Positions 9,087-19,514 of a stretch of DNA of 64,000 nt are shown here, in pieces (position 1 is the stretch's first letter; the number at the start of each line of letters is the position of its first letter). This stretch comes from an uncultured Rhodospirillaceae bacterium. GTDB lineage: Bacteria > Pseudomonadota > Alphaproteobacteria > CAAGCB01 > CAG-977. The stretch covers positions 1,158 through 65,157 of the forward strand of contig URSF01000003.1 in the NCBI GenBank assembly GCA_900550445.1, in the 5' to 3' direction. Below the pieces are notes generated by a model. The model saw nothing but the letters and a program-made list of their open reading frames with translations, had not been told where the DNA came from and ran no database searches. The position numbers were made by a program, and so were the translations under genes.

Positions 9087-9878
9087 ATGAGAGCACTTCA
9101 TATCGGCGCAACGGGAATGTTGGCACAACAGACAAACGTCGAGGTTATCTCAAACAACATCGCGAACATGAACACGACGGCTTATTCGCGCAGACGGGCG
9201 GAATTTCATGACCTTTTGTATCAAGATATGCGCCGCGTCGGAGCCAATTCTTCAGATTCCGGCACTGTCGTTCCGTCGGGAATCCAGCTGGGGCTGGGCG
9301 TCAAAACGGCTTCCGTCTACCGTGTATCGGAACACGGATCCGTCTTAAACACCAACAACACACTGGATTTGGCCATTCAGGGCAACGGATATTTTCAGAT
9401 CGAACTGCCTAACGACCGCGGCACCGGATACACTCGCGACGGCGCTTTTCAAGTCAGTTCCGAAGGAATTCTGGTAACTTCGGACGGCTATACCGTTCAG
9501 CCCGGCATTACAATCCCCGAAAACGCAATCGGCATTACAATTAACTCGTCGGGCGAAGTCTGGGTCAAAGAAGACGGAGAAACGGAATTAACTAACGTCG
9601 GCCAGCTGGAAATCGCCAATTTCTTAAATGAATCCGGACTGGAAGCAATCGGGGATAACCTGTTTGTCGAAACGGCCGCTTCGGGCAATCCGACCGTAGA
9701 CGTTCCGGGTGAATTAGGTTTCGGGACTATTTTACAGGGATATCTGGAAAACTCCAACGTCAATGTCGTTTCGGAAATCACGGAACTGGTGTCCGCCCAG
9801 CGCGCCTATGAAATGAATTCCAAAGTCATCACGACGGCCGATCAAATGCTGTCTACGATCAACCAGTTGAAATCATAA
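9087..9878 (+). CDS. flgG: flagellar distal rod protein FlgG
   Basis: MRALHIGATGMLAQQTNVEVISNNIANMNTTAY... and C-terminal SNVNVVSEITELVSAQRAYEMNSKVI. 263 aa. Confidence 0.9.
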   Translation: MRALHIGATGMLAQQTNVEVISNNIANMNTTAYSRRRAEFHDLLYQDMRRVGANSSDSGTVVPSGIQLGLGVKTASVYRVSEHGSVLNTNNTLDLAIQGNGYFQIELPNDRGTGYTRDGAFQVSSEGILVTSDGYTVQPGITIPENAIGITINSSGEVWVKEDGETELTNVGQLEIANFLNESGLEAIGDNLFVETAASGNPTVDVPGELGFGTILQGYLENSNVNVVSEITELVSAQRAYEMNSKVITTADQMLSTINQLKS

Positions 9879-9886
9879 GGAATAAA

Positions 9887-10891
9887 ATGATGCTGCGCCT
9901 GATTTTCATTGTCGTTTTATCCGTAATCCCGCTGAATAACGCGGCGGGAACGGATCTGTGGGCGTCAGAGGAAAAAACAGCCGAAGCGCATGAAAACTTA
10001 CAGGCTCTGCCGGTTGTCCTGAAGCAAAAAGCCGTCGTCGCCGACGAATATATCCGGCTGGGCGATTTATTTTCAGGCCTGGATTCCGATGCGGACAAGA
10101 AAATCGTCGCTCCCGCGCCGGCTTTAGGCAAAGAAGCGGTTCTGACGGCCGAATGGTTAAAAAAACTGGCGCAGACGAACAAAATCGGTTGGACGCCGGC
10201 AGACAGCAAAACAGCGGTGACCGTACGCCGCGACGCGTATGAAATCAGCGCGAACGAAATCAAAAAGATTTTGGTCAAAGAACTAAAAGCGCACGGATTG
10301 CCGGAAAATGCGGATTTATTTATTCAAAGCGGCAGCCTGCCGGTTTTGGTCCCGGTAAAATCTTCCTGGCGTCTGGATCCCGTTCAAACGGAATACAATT
10401 CTTTCCGCCAGACGTTTGAAGCAAAAATGAACTTAATCGTCAACGCCGAAAAAAAGGACGATCTGTTTTTCGTCGGCAAAGCGCAGATTTTCATTACGGT
10501 GCCTGTTGCAAAACAAGACCTGAAATCCGGCCAGATTATTACGCGCGACGACATTCAGATGAACAACATCGTTCAGGAAACGGGCCGGCGGCGCATAGAA
10601 CCCGTTAATATGGAAGACCTGATCGGCAAAGAAGTCAAACGGTCCATACGGGCGGGACAACACATTTCGCAAAATGACGTGCAAACGCAGGTCATGGTTG
10701 CCAAAGGAAAAATCATCACCCTGAACTTTACCAAAGGCGGCATTATGCTCAGCGCCAAAGGCAAAGCTCTGGAAAACGGCGGTCTGGGGGACACCGTGCG
10801 CGTGATGAACACACAAAGCAAATCAGTTGTACAGGGAACGGTGACGGGGCCGGAAACGGTTTCTATCGTTCCTGCCGGCGGACACCCCTAA
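9887..10891 (+). CDS. flgA: flagellar P-ring assembly chaperone FlgA
   Basis: Signal peptide and a C-terminal SAF/FlgA-like segment (IRAGQHISQNDVQTQVMVAKGKIITLNFTKGGIMLSAKGKALENGGLGDTVRVMN). It lies between flgG and flgH. Confidence 0.75.
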   Translation: MMLRLIFIVVLSVIPLNNAAGTDLWASEEKTAEAHENLQALPVVLKQKAVVADEYIRLGDLFSGLDSDADKKIVAPAPALGKEAVLTAEWLKKLAQTNKIGWTPADSKTAVTVRRDAYEISANEIKKILVKELKAHGLPENADLFIQSGSLPVLVPVKSSWRLDPVQTEYNSFRQTFEAKMNLIVNAEKKDDLFFVGKAQIFITVPVAKQDLKSGQIITRDDIQMNNIVQETGRRRIEPVNMEDLIGKEVKRSIRAGQHISQNDVQTQVMVAKGKIITLNFTKGGIMLSAKGKALENGGLGDTVRVMNTQSKSVVQGTVTGPETVSIVPAGGHP

Positions 10892-10900
10892 AGGGAGGAT

Positions 10901-11671
10901 ATGAATATGAAAAAACGATATCTGCAGAAATTGGCTAAAACGGCTCTGATAACCGTTATTGCCTTAAACGCGTCCGGCTGCGCCTATTTCGGCCGCCTGG
11001 CCGACGTCGGCAAAGCGCCTGAATTTTCAAAAATTCAGAACCCGACAAAGGAAAAAGGCTATACGCCCGTTGACATGCCCATGCCCGAACCGCAGACGCC
11101 GTATGTCAACGCAAATTCGCTGTGGCGGCCGGGATCCAAAGGATTTTTTAAAGATCAGCGCGCTTCGCAGGTCGGCGATATCTTAACCGTTCAAGTGGTT
11201 ATTTCCGATAAAGCTCTTTTAGAAAACAAATCGGAACAAAAACGCGGCGACGATGACGACAGCGTCAGCATCGGCGCTCTGGCCGGCCTGGAAAAATATG
11301 CAGGGAAAATTCTGCCCAGCGGCGTGGACGTTTCCAACCTGTTCAATATTACCAGCAGCCGAGATATCACCGGCGACGGATCAATCGACAGAAATGAAAA
11401 AATCGACGTGACAATGGCCGCCGTCGTCACGCAGATTTTGCCCAACGGCAATCTGGTGATTTCCGGCAAACAGGAAGTCCGCGTCAACTATGAAATGCGC
11501 CAGCTGCACATGACGGGCATCATCAGACGCGAAGACATTTCCACTTTAAACACGATCAAATCGGAAAAAATCGCTGAGCTGCGCGTCGCTTACGGCGGCA
11601 AAGGAACCATCAGCGATGTCCAGCAGCCGCGTTACGGACGGCAAGTTCTGGATATTATCAGTCCGTTTTAA
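10901..11671 (+). CDS. flgH: flagellar L-ring lipoprotein FlgH
   Basis: Lipobox LNASGC, plus SLWRPGSKGFFKDQRASQVGDILTV and GNLVISGKQEVRVNYE, both typical of FlgH. Confidence 0.9.
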   Translation: MNMKKRYLQKLAKTALITVIALNASGCAYFGRLADVGKAPEFSKIQNPTKEKGYTPVDMPMPEPQTPYVNANSLWRPGSKGFFKDQRASQVGDILTVQVVISDKALLENKSEQKRGDDDDSVSIGALAGLEKYAGKILPSGVDVSNLFNITSSRDITGDGSIDRNEKIDVTMAAVVTQILPNGNLVISGKQEVRVNYEMRQLHMTGIIRREDISTLNTIKSEKIAELRVAYGGKGTISDVQQPRYGRQVLDIISPF

Positions 11672-11769
11672 CCGTTTGTGCTCCAAAGGCCGTCCTCCTC
11701 CCTCCCTTTTGGCCTTTGGAGCACTCTTTTCTTTCTTTTCACTCACCCGACTTAACAAGGAGATCTCTC

Positions 11770-12096
11770 ATGACACAAAAAAAACTCACCGTTTCCGAAG
11801 AAGATGCTCTGGCCCTGCTGCGTTCCGCGACCAACATATCGCATGCCCGCCGGACAGGCGATAAAACAGGTCTGACAATTGCTTTAGACGAAAACATGCA
11901 GCTTTGGACCGCCATTCAAACGCTGGTTTCCCGTCAGGATCACCCGCTGAACGAAACAGCTAAAGGCAATCTGATCAAACTGGCAAATTTTGTTGTCGCG
12001 AAAACGATTAAATATGGCTGCGACGCCTGCGACAAAACATTAGATACTTTGGAAAATATGAACCTGCAGATCGCGGAAGGACTGCTGGAACATTAA
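11770..12096 (+). CDS. flaF: flagellar biosynthesis regulator FlaF
   Basis: Start chosen at the ATG at 11770 behind AAGGAG; the track ORF starts at 11716. It shows the FlaF-like pattern ALALLRSA...LDENMQLWTAIQTLV...NLIKLANFVVAKT...LENMNLQIAEGL. Confidence 0.65.
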   Translation: MTQKKLTVSEEDALALLRSATNISHARRTGDKTGLTIALDENMQLWTAIQTLVSRQDHPLNETAKGNLIKLANFVVAKTIKYGCDACDKTLDTLENMNLQIAEGLLEH

Positions 12097-12116
12097 TCCG
12101 CCGCCTTTTTACGCCG

Positions 12117-12143
12117 AACCCCCGTCCGATACGGGGGTTTTTT
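12117..12143 (+). terminator. Rho-independent terminator after flaF
   Basis: cccccg-tccgata-cggggg stem-loop followed by tttttt. Confidence 0.75.
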
Positions 12144-12349
12144 GCGGCAAATTGTCAAAATTCGTCACAATTAATAATCGACAAGAAAAAAAGAACTGAT
12201 AAAACAAAACGTTAAGCCTTTTTTCCCCGAAACGAAAAAGAACCATAATTCCGCCACATTTTTTTTATACCCTGAAAGGGTAAGGAAAATATTTTCCTTT
12301 CGGAGGAGAGGCCGAATAAAAAAACATTTCAGCCTTCTTTGTATACTGA

Positions 12350-12384
12350 ACGGGATAGGTTCCCCCTATCCCGTTTTTTTTTTA
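12350..12384 (+). terminator. plus-strand intrinsic terminator abutting the atpG stop codon
   Basis: 10-bp perfect stem acgggatagg / cctatcccgt with a 5-nt loop, followed by about 10 T on the plus strand. On the minus strand the hairpin is not followed by a U run. Confidence 0.6.
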
Positions 12385-13275
12385 TTTTCTCTTTTGCATA
12401 CGCAGCGCTTCCGCCCCGGAAACAACGTCCAGCAACTCTGTCGTAATATTTTCCTGACGCATTTGCTGATATTCCAGATTCATCGCCTCCAGATTTTCGT
12501 CAATATTCTTTTCCGCAGCCTGCATTGTCGTTAAACGCATGTGGTGTTCCGCCGACAAAGCTTCCGTAATCGCCGTTGACAACTCAATCAGCAGCCGTTC
12601 TTTCAGCAGCGCGGAATAAATCGTCTGCGGCGGCAGAGTATAAGTCGGGAAATTCCGTCCCGGCCAGCCCATTTTTTTCAAACGTTCCAGCCATTCCGTC
12701 CCCAAAGGCATCAGCAGTGTCGAAGTCGGCGAAACGCTGACCCCGCGTTTTTCGCTGTAATAAACATAAACATGCGTAATATGGTTGGTACGCATATATT
12801 CTTCCGCGGTCACCAAAACAGAAGCGGCCGTTTTGCTGACGGCTTTGACGGAATTTGAAATCGGATAACTTTCAACAATATTCCACTGATTGCGCATCAG
12901 CTGCCCGATGATCTGCCGGCCGACGGCGATAAAACCGGTCTGGTTGATCTGAAATCCTTTTTCCGTCAACGATTTTTGCGCAAACCGGACGACTTCGCGA
13001 TTCATTTTACCGACCAACCCCGTATCCGACCCGATTAAAACGGCCAACACCCGCCGGGATTCCGGTTTAACGCGAGGTTCCTTCGGCAATTCCAGAGCCC
13101 CGTTTTTCATCAGCGCCACCGCCCCCAGATTAATCGTGCGTCCGTATTCGATCAAAGACTTTAAAGCCGTATCATATTGAATAATACTGACCGCAGACAG
13201 CGATTTCATCGTCGAAACGATAGAACGCAAATCCTGCGTTGTCTTTATCCGCTTTTGCAGTCCTTCAATATCCAT
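12382..13275 (-). CDS. atpG: N-type ATPase gamma subunit
   Basis: MDIEGLQKRIKTTQDLRSIVSTMKSLSAVSI... and C-terminal ITTELLDVVSGAEAL. It is the last gene of the atpDCQRBEFAG order. Confidence 0.85.
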   Translation of the reverse strand: MDIEGLQKRIKTTQDLRSIVSTMKSLSAVSIIQYDTALKSLIEYGRTINLGAVALMKNGALELPKEPRVKPESRRVLAVLIGSDTGLVGKMNREVVRFAQKSLTEKGFQINQTGFIAVGRQIIGQLMRNQWNIVESYPISNSVKAVSKTAASVLVTAEEYMRTNHITHVYVYYSEKRGVSVSPTSTLLMPLGTEWLERLKKMGWPGRNFPTYTLPPQTIYSALLKERLLIELSTAITEALSAEHHMRLTTMQAAEKNIDENLEAMNLEYQQMRQENITTELLDVVSGAEALRMQKRK

Positions 13276-13283
13276 ACCGTTTC

Positions 13284-14813
13284 CTACACTTGTTTTGCGG
13301 ACAGAACGCGTTCGTTAACCAAAGCTTCCCGAATATCGTCGGCCAGCGCTTTTTTGCGTTCCGGCGACAGCTTTTCACGATGCAGGATCTGTTCCGCCGT
13401 TTCTTTGTGCGTCGTTTTCATCAGCTGAGCAATCACGCGGTAAGCTTTTTCTCTTAATTTATCGGTGACATTATCCAACAGCCCTTCCGTCGTCGCGAAC
13501 AAAACGGCGATTTGTTCCACTACCGGAACCGGAGCGAACTGCTTTTGCTGCATTACGGCGCGAATAGCCCGTCCGCGTTTTAACTGTTTTTCCGTTTCCG
13601 CGTCCAGATGCGACCTGAACTTTGCAAAACTTTCCAATTCTTCAAACTGAGAAAAAGCCAGCTTCAACGGCCCGACCAAAGAACTGTAGGCCGGCAGCTG
13701 CGCATCGCCGCCGACACGCGAAACGGAACGCCCCGTGTCAATGGCAGGCAGGATCCCCTTTTGAAACATCGGCGAAGACAGATAAATCTGACCGTCCGTA
13801 ATGGAAATGATATTTGTCGGAATATAGGCCGAAATATTTTGCGCTTCGGTTTCAACAATCGGCAGAGCCGTCAGCGAACCGCCGCCGAATTCGGGACGCA
13901 GACGCGTTGAACGTTCCAGCAAACGGGAATGAATATAGAAAATATCGCCCGGGAAAGCTTCACGTCCGGGCGGACGGCGCAGCAGCAAAGACAATTCGCG
14001 GTAAGCCCGCGCATGATTCGTCAGATCGTCATAGATCACCAAAACGTCCCGGCCTTTTTCCATAAAGTATTCACCGATTGCCGTCGCCGCATACGGCGCA
14101 ATATACTGCATGCCTGCCGTTTCGTCGCCCGAAGCGGCCACAACGATCGTGTTTTTCATCACATCGTATTTTTTCAGGCTGTCAACCACGCGCGCGATAG
14201 CCGTTCCGCGCTGCGCGATGGCACAGTAAATGCAAATCACGTCCGTATTTTTCTGATTGATGATCGCGTCAACGGCCAATGCCGTTTTTCCCGTCTGCCG
14301 GTCGCCCAAAATCAGTTCGCGTTGACCGCGCCCGATCGGCGTAAAAGAATCAATCGCCTTAATTCCGGTCTGCAGAGGCGTTGAAACCGGCGCGCGGGCC
14401 ATAATCGGATACGCTTCACGTTCGATTTTACGACGGTTAACCGTAACAATACGTCCCGCGCCGTCCAAAGGATTGCCCAGCGGGTCAATTACACGCCCCA
14501 ACAAACGTTCGCCGACGGGAACGTCGACAACACGGCCGGTGCGGTGAACGCGGTCGCCGGCTTTAATTTCGTCCGGCTGATTTAAAAACACAACTCCGAC
14601 GGAATTTTCCGACAATGTAAATGTCATTCCCATGACATTATTCGGGAACATCAGCAATTCTTCCATCTGAACGTTATCCAGACGGGAGACTTCGGCCGTA
14701 CCGCCGGAAACCGAAGACACCGTACTGATTTCTTCGATATTCATTTTGGCGGACTGAAGGTCGATCGTGTCCTGAACAATGCCGAAAACGTCTTTGACTG
14801 CTTCTATTAACAT
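13284..14813 (-). CDS. atpA: N-type ATPase alpha subunit
   Basis: 509 aa with Walker [10 protein letters not shown] and F1-alpha-like sequence throughout ([20 protein letters not shown]). Confidence 0.9.
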   Translation of the reverse strand: MLIEAVKDVFGIVQDTIDLQSAKMNIEEISTVSSVSGGTAEVSRLDNVQMEELLMFPNNVMGMTFTLSENSVGVVFLNQPDEIKAGDRVHRTGRVVDVPVGERLLGRVIDPLGNPLDGAGRIVTVNRRKIEREAYPIMARAPVSTPLQTGIKAIDSFTPIGRGQRELILGDRQTGKTALAVDAIINQKNTDVICIYCAIAQRGTAIARVVDSLKKYDVMKNTIVVAASGDETAGMQYIAPYAATAIGEYFMEKGRDVLVIYDDLTNHARAYRELSLLLRRPPGREAFPGDIFYIHSRLLERSTRLRPEFGGGSLTALPIVETEAQNISAYIPTNIISITDGQIYLSSPMFQKGILPAIDTGRSVSRVGGDAQLPAYSSLVGPLKLAFSQFEELESFAKFRSHLDAETEKQLKRGRAIRAVMQQKQFAPVPVVEQIAVLFATTEGLLDNVTDKLREKAYRVIAQLMKTTHKETAEQILHREKLSPERKKALADDIREALVNERVLSAKQV

Positions 14814-14831
14814 TTTGTTTCCGTTCTTTTA

Positions 14832-15614
14832 TCAGCTTTCTTCGCGGCTTAAACGCAAAGAAATATTTTCCAGAGCATCGTGCATTTTTGCCGTAAAGGT
14901 ATTCAGATAATCGTCCAGATTCCATGAAACGACGTTTCCGTTTACGGAAAATTCAATGCCGCACAACAAACGCGGGTTAACGTCAAAAACGAACTGCGGA
15001 TTTTCTATTTCCAGAATTTCCGACAACATTTTTTTCAGCCCTTCCTGCGCTTCGGGCGTTAATTCTTCGGAAGTCGAAATCTGCAAAGGAACGTCCTGCG
15101 TATCCGCCGCCAGAAATTTTTTATCTTTCAAAGACAAATCTTCCAGCTGATGTCTGAACACGGAAATAAAGCGATCTTCCAAATCTTCATCAGCCATGCG
15201 TTTAAAAGCCTTGCGGGCGAATTCCAGAAAGTTGGCGACAAGCGTTTGGCGAACCTCGTTAATCATCAGCGCTTTTTCCCGATCCAGCTCCTGCTGCCAC
15301 AGCAGACGTTTTTCCAAAACTTCCGCCTGTGCCTCATGTTCCAGTTCTTTGCGCAGCGTTTCCGCTTCTTCACGGGCTTCTTTTAAAATCTGCGTGCGTT
15401 CGTTATCAATCGCCAGATAACGTTTATTCAGCTCGTCCAGCTTTTTTTCGGCCTCGGCGGCCAGCCCTTCGGCATTTTGAATTTCCCCGGCGATATGTTT
15501 TTCGCGCTTGTCAATCGCGGCCAGCAGAGGCTTGTATAAAAACTTGTACAAAGCCCAGGCCAAAATCGTAAAATTGACGATCTGCGCCAGTATGGTGGTA
15601 AAATCTACAGACAT
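14832..15614 (-). CDS. atpF: N-type ATPase b subunit (long, b/delta-like stalk)
   Basis: N-terminal TM helix plus b-type coiled coil (FTILAWALYKFLYKPLLAAIDKREKHIAGEI...). At 260 aa it carries an extra C-terminal domain. There is no separate delta gene in the operon. Confidence 0.8.
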   Translation of the reverse strand: MSVDFTTILAQIVNFTILAWALYKFLYKPLLAAIDKREKHIAGEIQNAEGLAAEAEKKLDELNKRYLAIDNERTQILKEAREEAETLRKELEHEAQAEVLEKRLLWQQELDREKALMINEVRQTLVANFLEFARKAFKRMADEDLEDRFISVFRHQLEDLSLKDKKFLAADTQDVPLQISTSEELTPEAQEGLKKMLSEILEIENPQFVFDVNPRLLCGIEFSVNGNVVSWNLDDYLNTFTAKMHDALENISLRLSREES

Positions 15615-15654
15615 GCTTCAAATCCTTATCTGTTAGGTGAAGGCCGAAAGGCTT

Positions 15655-15933
15655 TTATTTCGCCGCAGCGCTGACCGCATACTGCCAAAACGGATTTGCA
15701 AACAACAAAATCATGGCAACGACAAAGCAGTAAATGCCGGACGTTTCAATAATTGCCAGAGAAATAAACATCGTACGCGAAATTGATCCGGCTTCGTCAG
15801 GCTGCTGAGCCAGCGAAGTCAGCCCGGACGCGACGGCATAACCTTCCGCCAAACCGGCGGCACTGGCCCCGATGCACAGACAAAAACCTGCGGTAAAAAT
15901 TGAAATGGAACCTAAAATTGCAACTAAATCCAT
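15655..15933 (-). CDS. atpE: N-type ATPase c subunit
   Basis: 92-aa hairpin protein with GLAEGYAVASG in helix 1 and LAIIETSGIYCFVVAMILLFANPF in helix 2. Confidence 0.9.
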   Translation of the reverse strand: MDLVAILGSISIFTAGFCLCIGASAAGLAEGYAVASGLTSLAQQPDEAGSISRTMFISLAIIETSGIYCFVVAMILLFANPFWQYAVSAAAK

Positions 15934-15949
15934 AATACAGTCCTCCTGT

Positions 15950-16675
15950 TTATATTGTTTCGTTTATCGCAGCTTGTTTTTTGTCTTGTGACGAAACAAG
16001 ATTTTCTTCTTCTTCATGAACGGAAGAAATATACATCAGCGCCAGCATCGCAAAAATATAAGCCTGAATCATACCGGTAAAAAGCCCCAGCACCTGCATG
16101 GGCAGAGGCAGAATGAAAGGAACGAGCATTAAACAAATCGATCCGATGATAACACCCGATAAAACGTTGCCGAACAAACGGACGGCCATAGCCCCTGTCG
16201 AGGTCAGCTCGCTTAAAATATTGAACGGCAACATAGCCGGGGACGGTTCCAGATATTTTTTCAAATATCTTTTCAGTCCCGCGTTTTTAATTCCGAAAAA
16301 CGGAATCCCCAGCAAAACCATCAAAGCCAGAGCCGCCGTCGTCGACAAAGAAGCCGTCGGCGTTTTGAATTCCGGAATTAAAGTCAAAAGGTTGCATGTT
16401 AAAATAAACAAAAACAACGTTCCGATAAACGGCAGATACGTCATCGGATTGCCCGACGTCATTTCATGAATCTGGCCGTGAATAGCCTTAACCAGCACTT
16501 CCATGCCTGTCTGCCAGTGGGAAACTTTGTTACCCGTTTTTAAATGTCTGGTCGCCAGCCAGGACACCAGCATTAAAATCACCATAACGATCCACGTTGA
16601 CGCAATCGTCCAGTTCACGGGAATGTTCCAGTACGGCAGATAAAAGGCTATTTGTTCATCATACAATTCCAACAT
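15950..16675 (-). CDS. atpB: N-type ATPase a subunit
   Basis: 241 aa, polytopic, with the conserved stator Arg context MAVRLFGNVLSG. Confidence 0.85.
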   Translation of the reverse strand: MLELYDEQIAFYLPYWNIPVNWTIASTWIVMVILMLVSWLATRHLKTGNKVSHWQTGMEVLVKAIHGQIHEMTSGNPMTYLPFIGTLFLFILTCNLLTLIPEFKTPTASLSTTAALALMVLLGIPFFGIKNAGLKRYLKKYLEPSPAMLPFNILSELTSTGAMAVRLFGNVLSGVIIGSICLMLVPFILPLPMQVLGLFTGMIQAYIFAMLALMYISSVHEEEENLVSSQDKKQAAINETI

Positions 16676-16681
16676 GCCGGT

Positions 16682-16984
16682 TTACTCCTTTAACGCGCTT
16701 TTTTTCAGCATTCTTTGTTTTACAATACGGACGATCAGAAATCTGGCCGTCAGCAGCCCCGCGGCGGCGCCCAGCAGCATCTGCGAATCATGATGCGCCA
16801 GTAAAAACAACCCGCCGCATAAAACGACAGAACGGAACAGCCAGCTGAAAAACAAAAACAGCTTTTTATGTTCAATATTTCTAATCCGCCGCACAGACCA
16901 CCACAGCCCGCCGAAATAAAGCCCCCCCAGCAACGCGCCCGCGGCCAGGCCGGTTATAACGGAAAAAGGCATCACTTCCGACAT
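16682..16984 (-). CDS. atpR: N-ATPase accessory membrane protein AtpR
   Basis: 100-aa protein with three TM helices (GLYFGGLWWSVRR...). It lies between the atpQ and atpB positions, as in N-ATPase operons. Confidence 0.7.
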   Translation of the reverse strand: MSEVMPFSVITGLAAGALLGGLYFGGLWWSVRRIRNIEHKKLFLFFSWLFRSVVLCGGLFLLAHHDSQMLLGAAAGLLTARFLIVRIVKQRMLKKSALKE

Positions 16985-17436
16985 TATTCTTTTTCCTCCC
17001 CGTCTTTTTCCTCTTCGGCAAATTCAGCAGCCCTGCCGGACGGGTCTTCGTCTTCTTCCCGAGACAAAGCCTGCGCCTGTTCCACCAAAGCGTTGCGGCG
17101 GTCCTGTTCTTTTTGTGCCCGGTCAATGCCTTCGCGTTTCAGCCATTGCCAGGCGCTGAAAACACCGATCATGAATCCCAACAGCAAAAAGTTCAAAGTC
17201 CAGGAAACAGAGGCAACTTTATAATGCGCATCAAGCCATCTGCCCAGCAGCACCCCCAAAAAAGTGGGAATCGGGATATTCCACCCCAGCGCCCCCAGAA
17301 AAGCCAGTCCCATGGCCGGTTTAAAAGCCTTTTCGTCCGTTTTGTTAACCAGATGCCGTGAAGCGCGCTTGGCCAGCCTTTGCGCCAAAGCGTTTTCCGA
17401 TTTTGTCTGAACCTTTTGAGATGTGTTAAGATCCAT
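16984..17436 (-). CDS. atpQ: N-ATPase AtpQ (AtpI/AtpZ-like) membrane protein
   Basis: 150 aa with an AtpZ/AtpI-like core (LAFLGALGWNIPIPTFLGVLLGRWLD). It follows atpC as in N-ATPase operons. The C-terminal tail is acidic. Confidence 0.65.
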   Translation of the reverse strand: MDLNTSQKVQTKSENALAQRLAKRASRHLVNKTDEKAFKPAMGLAFLGALGWNIPIPTFLGVLLGRWLDAHYKVASVSWTLNFLLLGFMIGVFSAWQWLKREGIDRAQKEQDRRNALVEQAQALSREEDEDPSGRAAEFAEEEKDGEEKE

Positions 17437-17438
17437 AA

Positions 17439-19327
<1,889 letters not shown>

Positions 19328-19473
19328 CTATTAAAAAAGTAACTTTTTTATTTCAAAAAAAAAAGAATTTTTTTTGTTTTTCTCAAAAAAAATACATAAA
19401 AAACAACTGTATTCCACGACAACTGATGAAAATATCCGTTCAAAAAATCAAACAGTGATTGACTTTCTGTCCG

Positions 19474-19510
19474 AAAAAACCCGTCATTAAAAAATGACGG
19501 GCGTTTTTTT
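19474..19510. terminator. bidirectional terminator hairpin after the AAA+ gene
   Basis: cccgtcatt-aaaa-aatgacggg, flanked by an A run upstream and a T run downstream. Confidence 0.75.
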
Positions 19511-19514
19511 CGTA

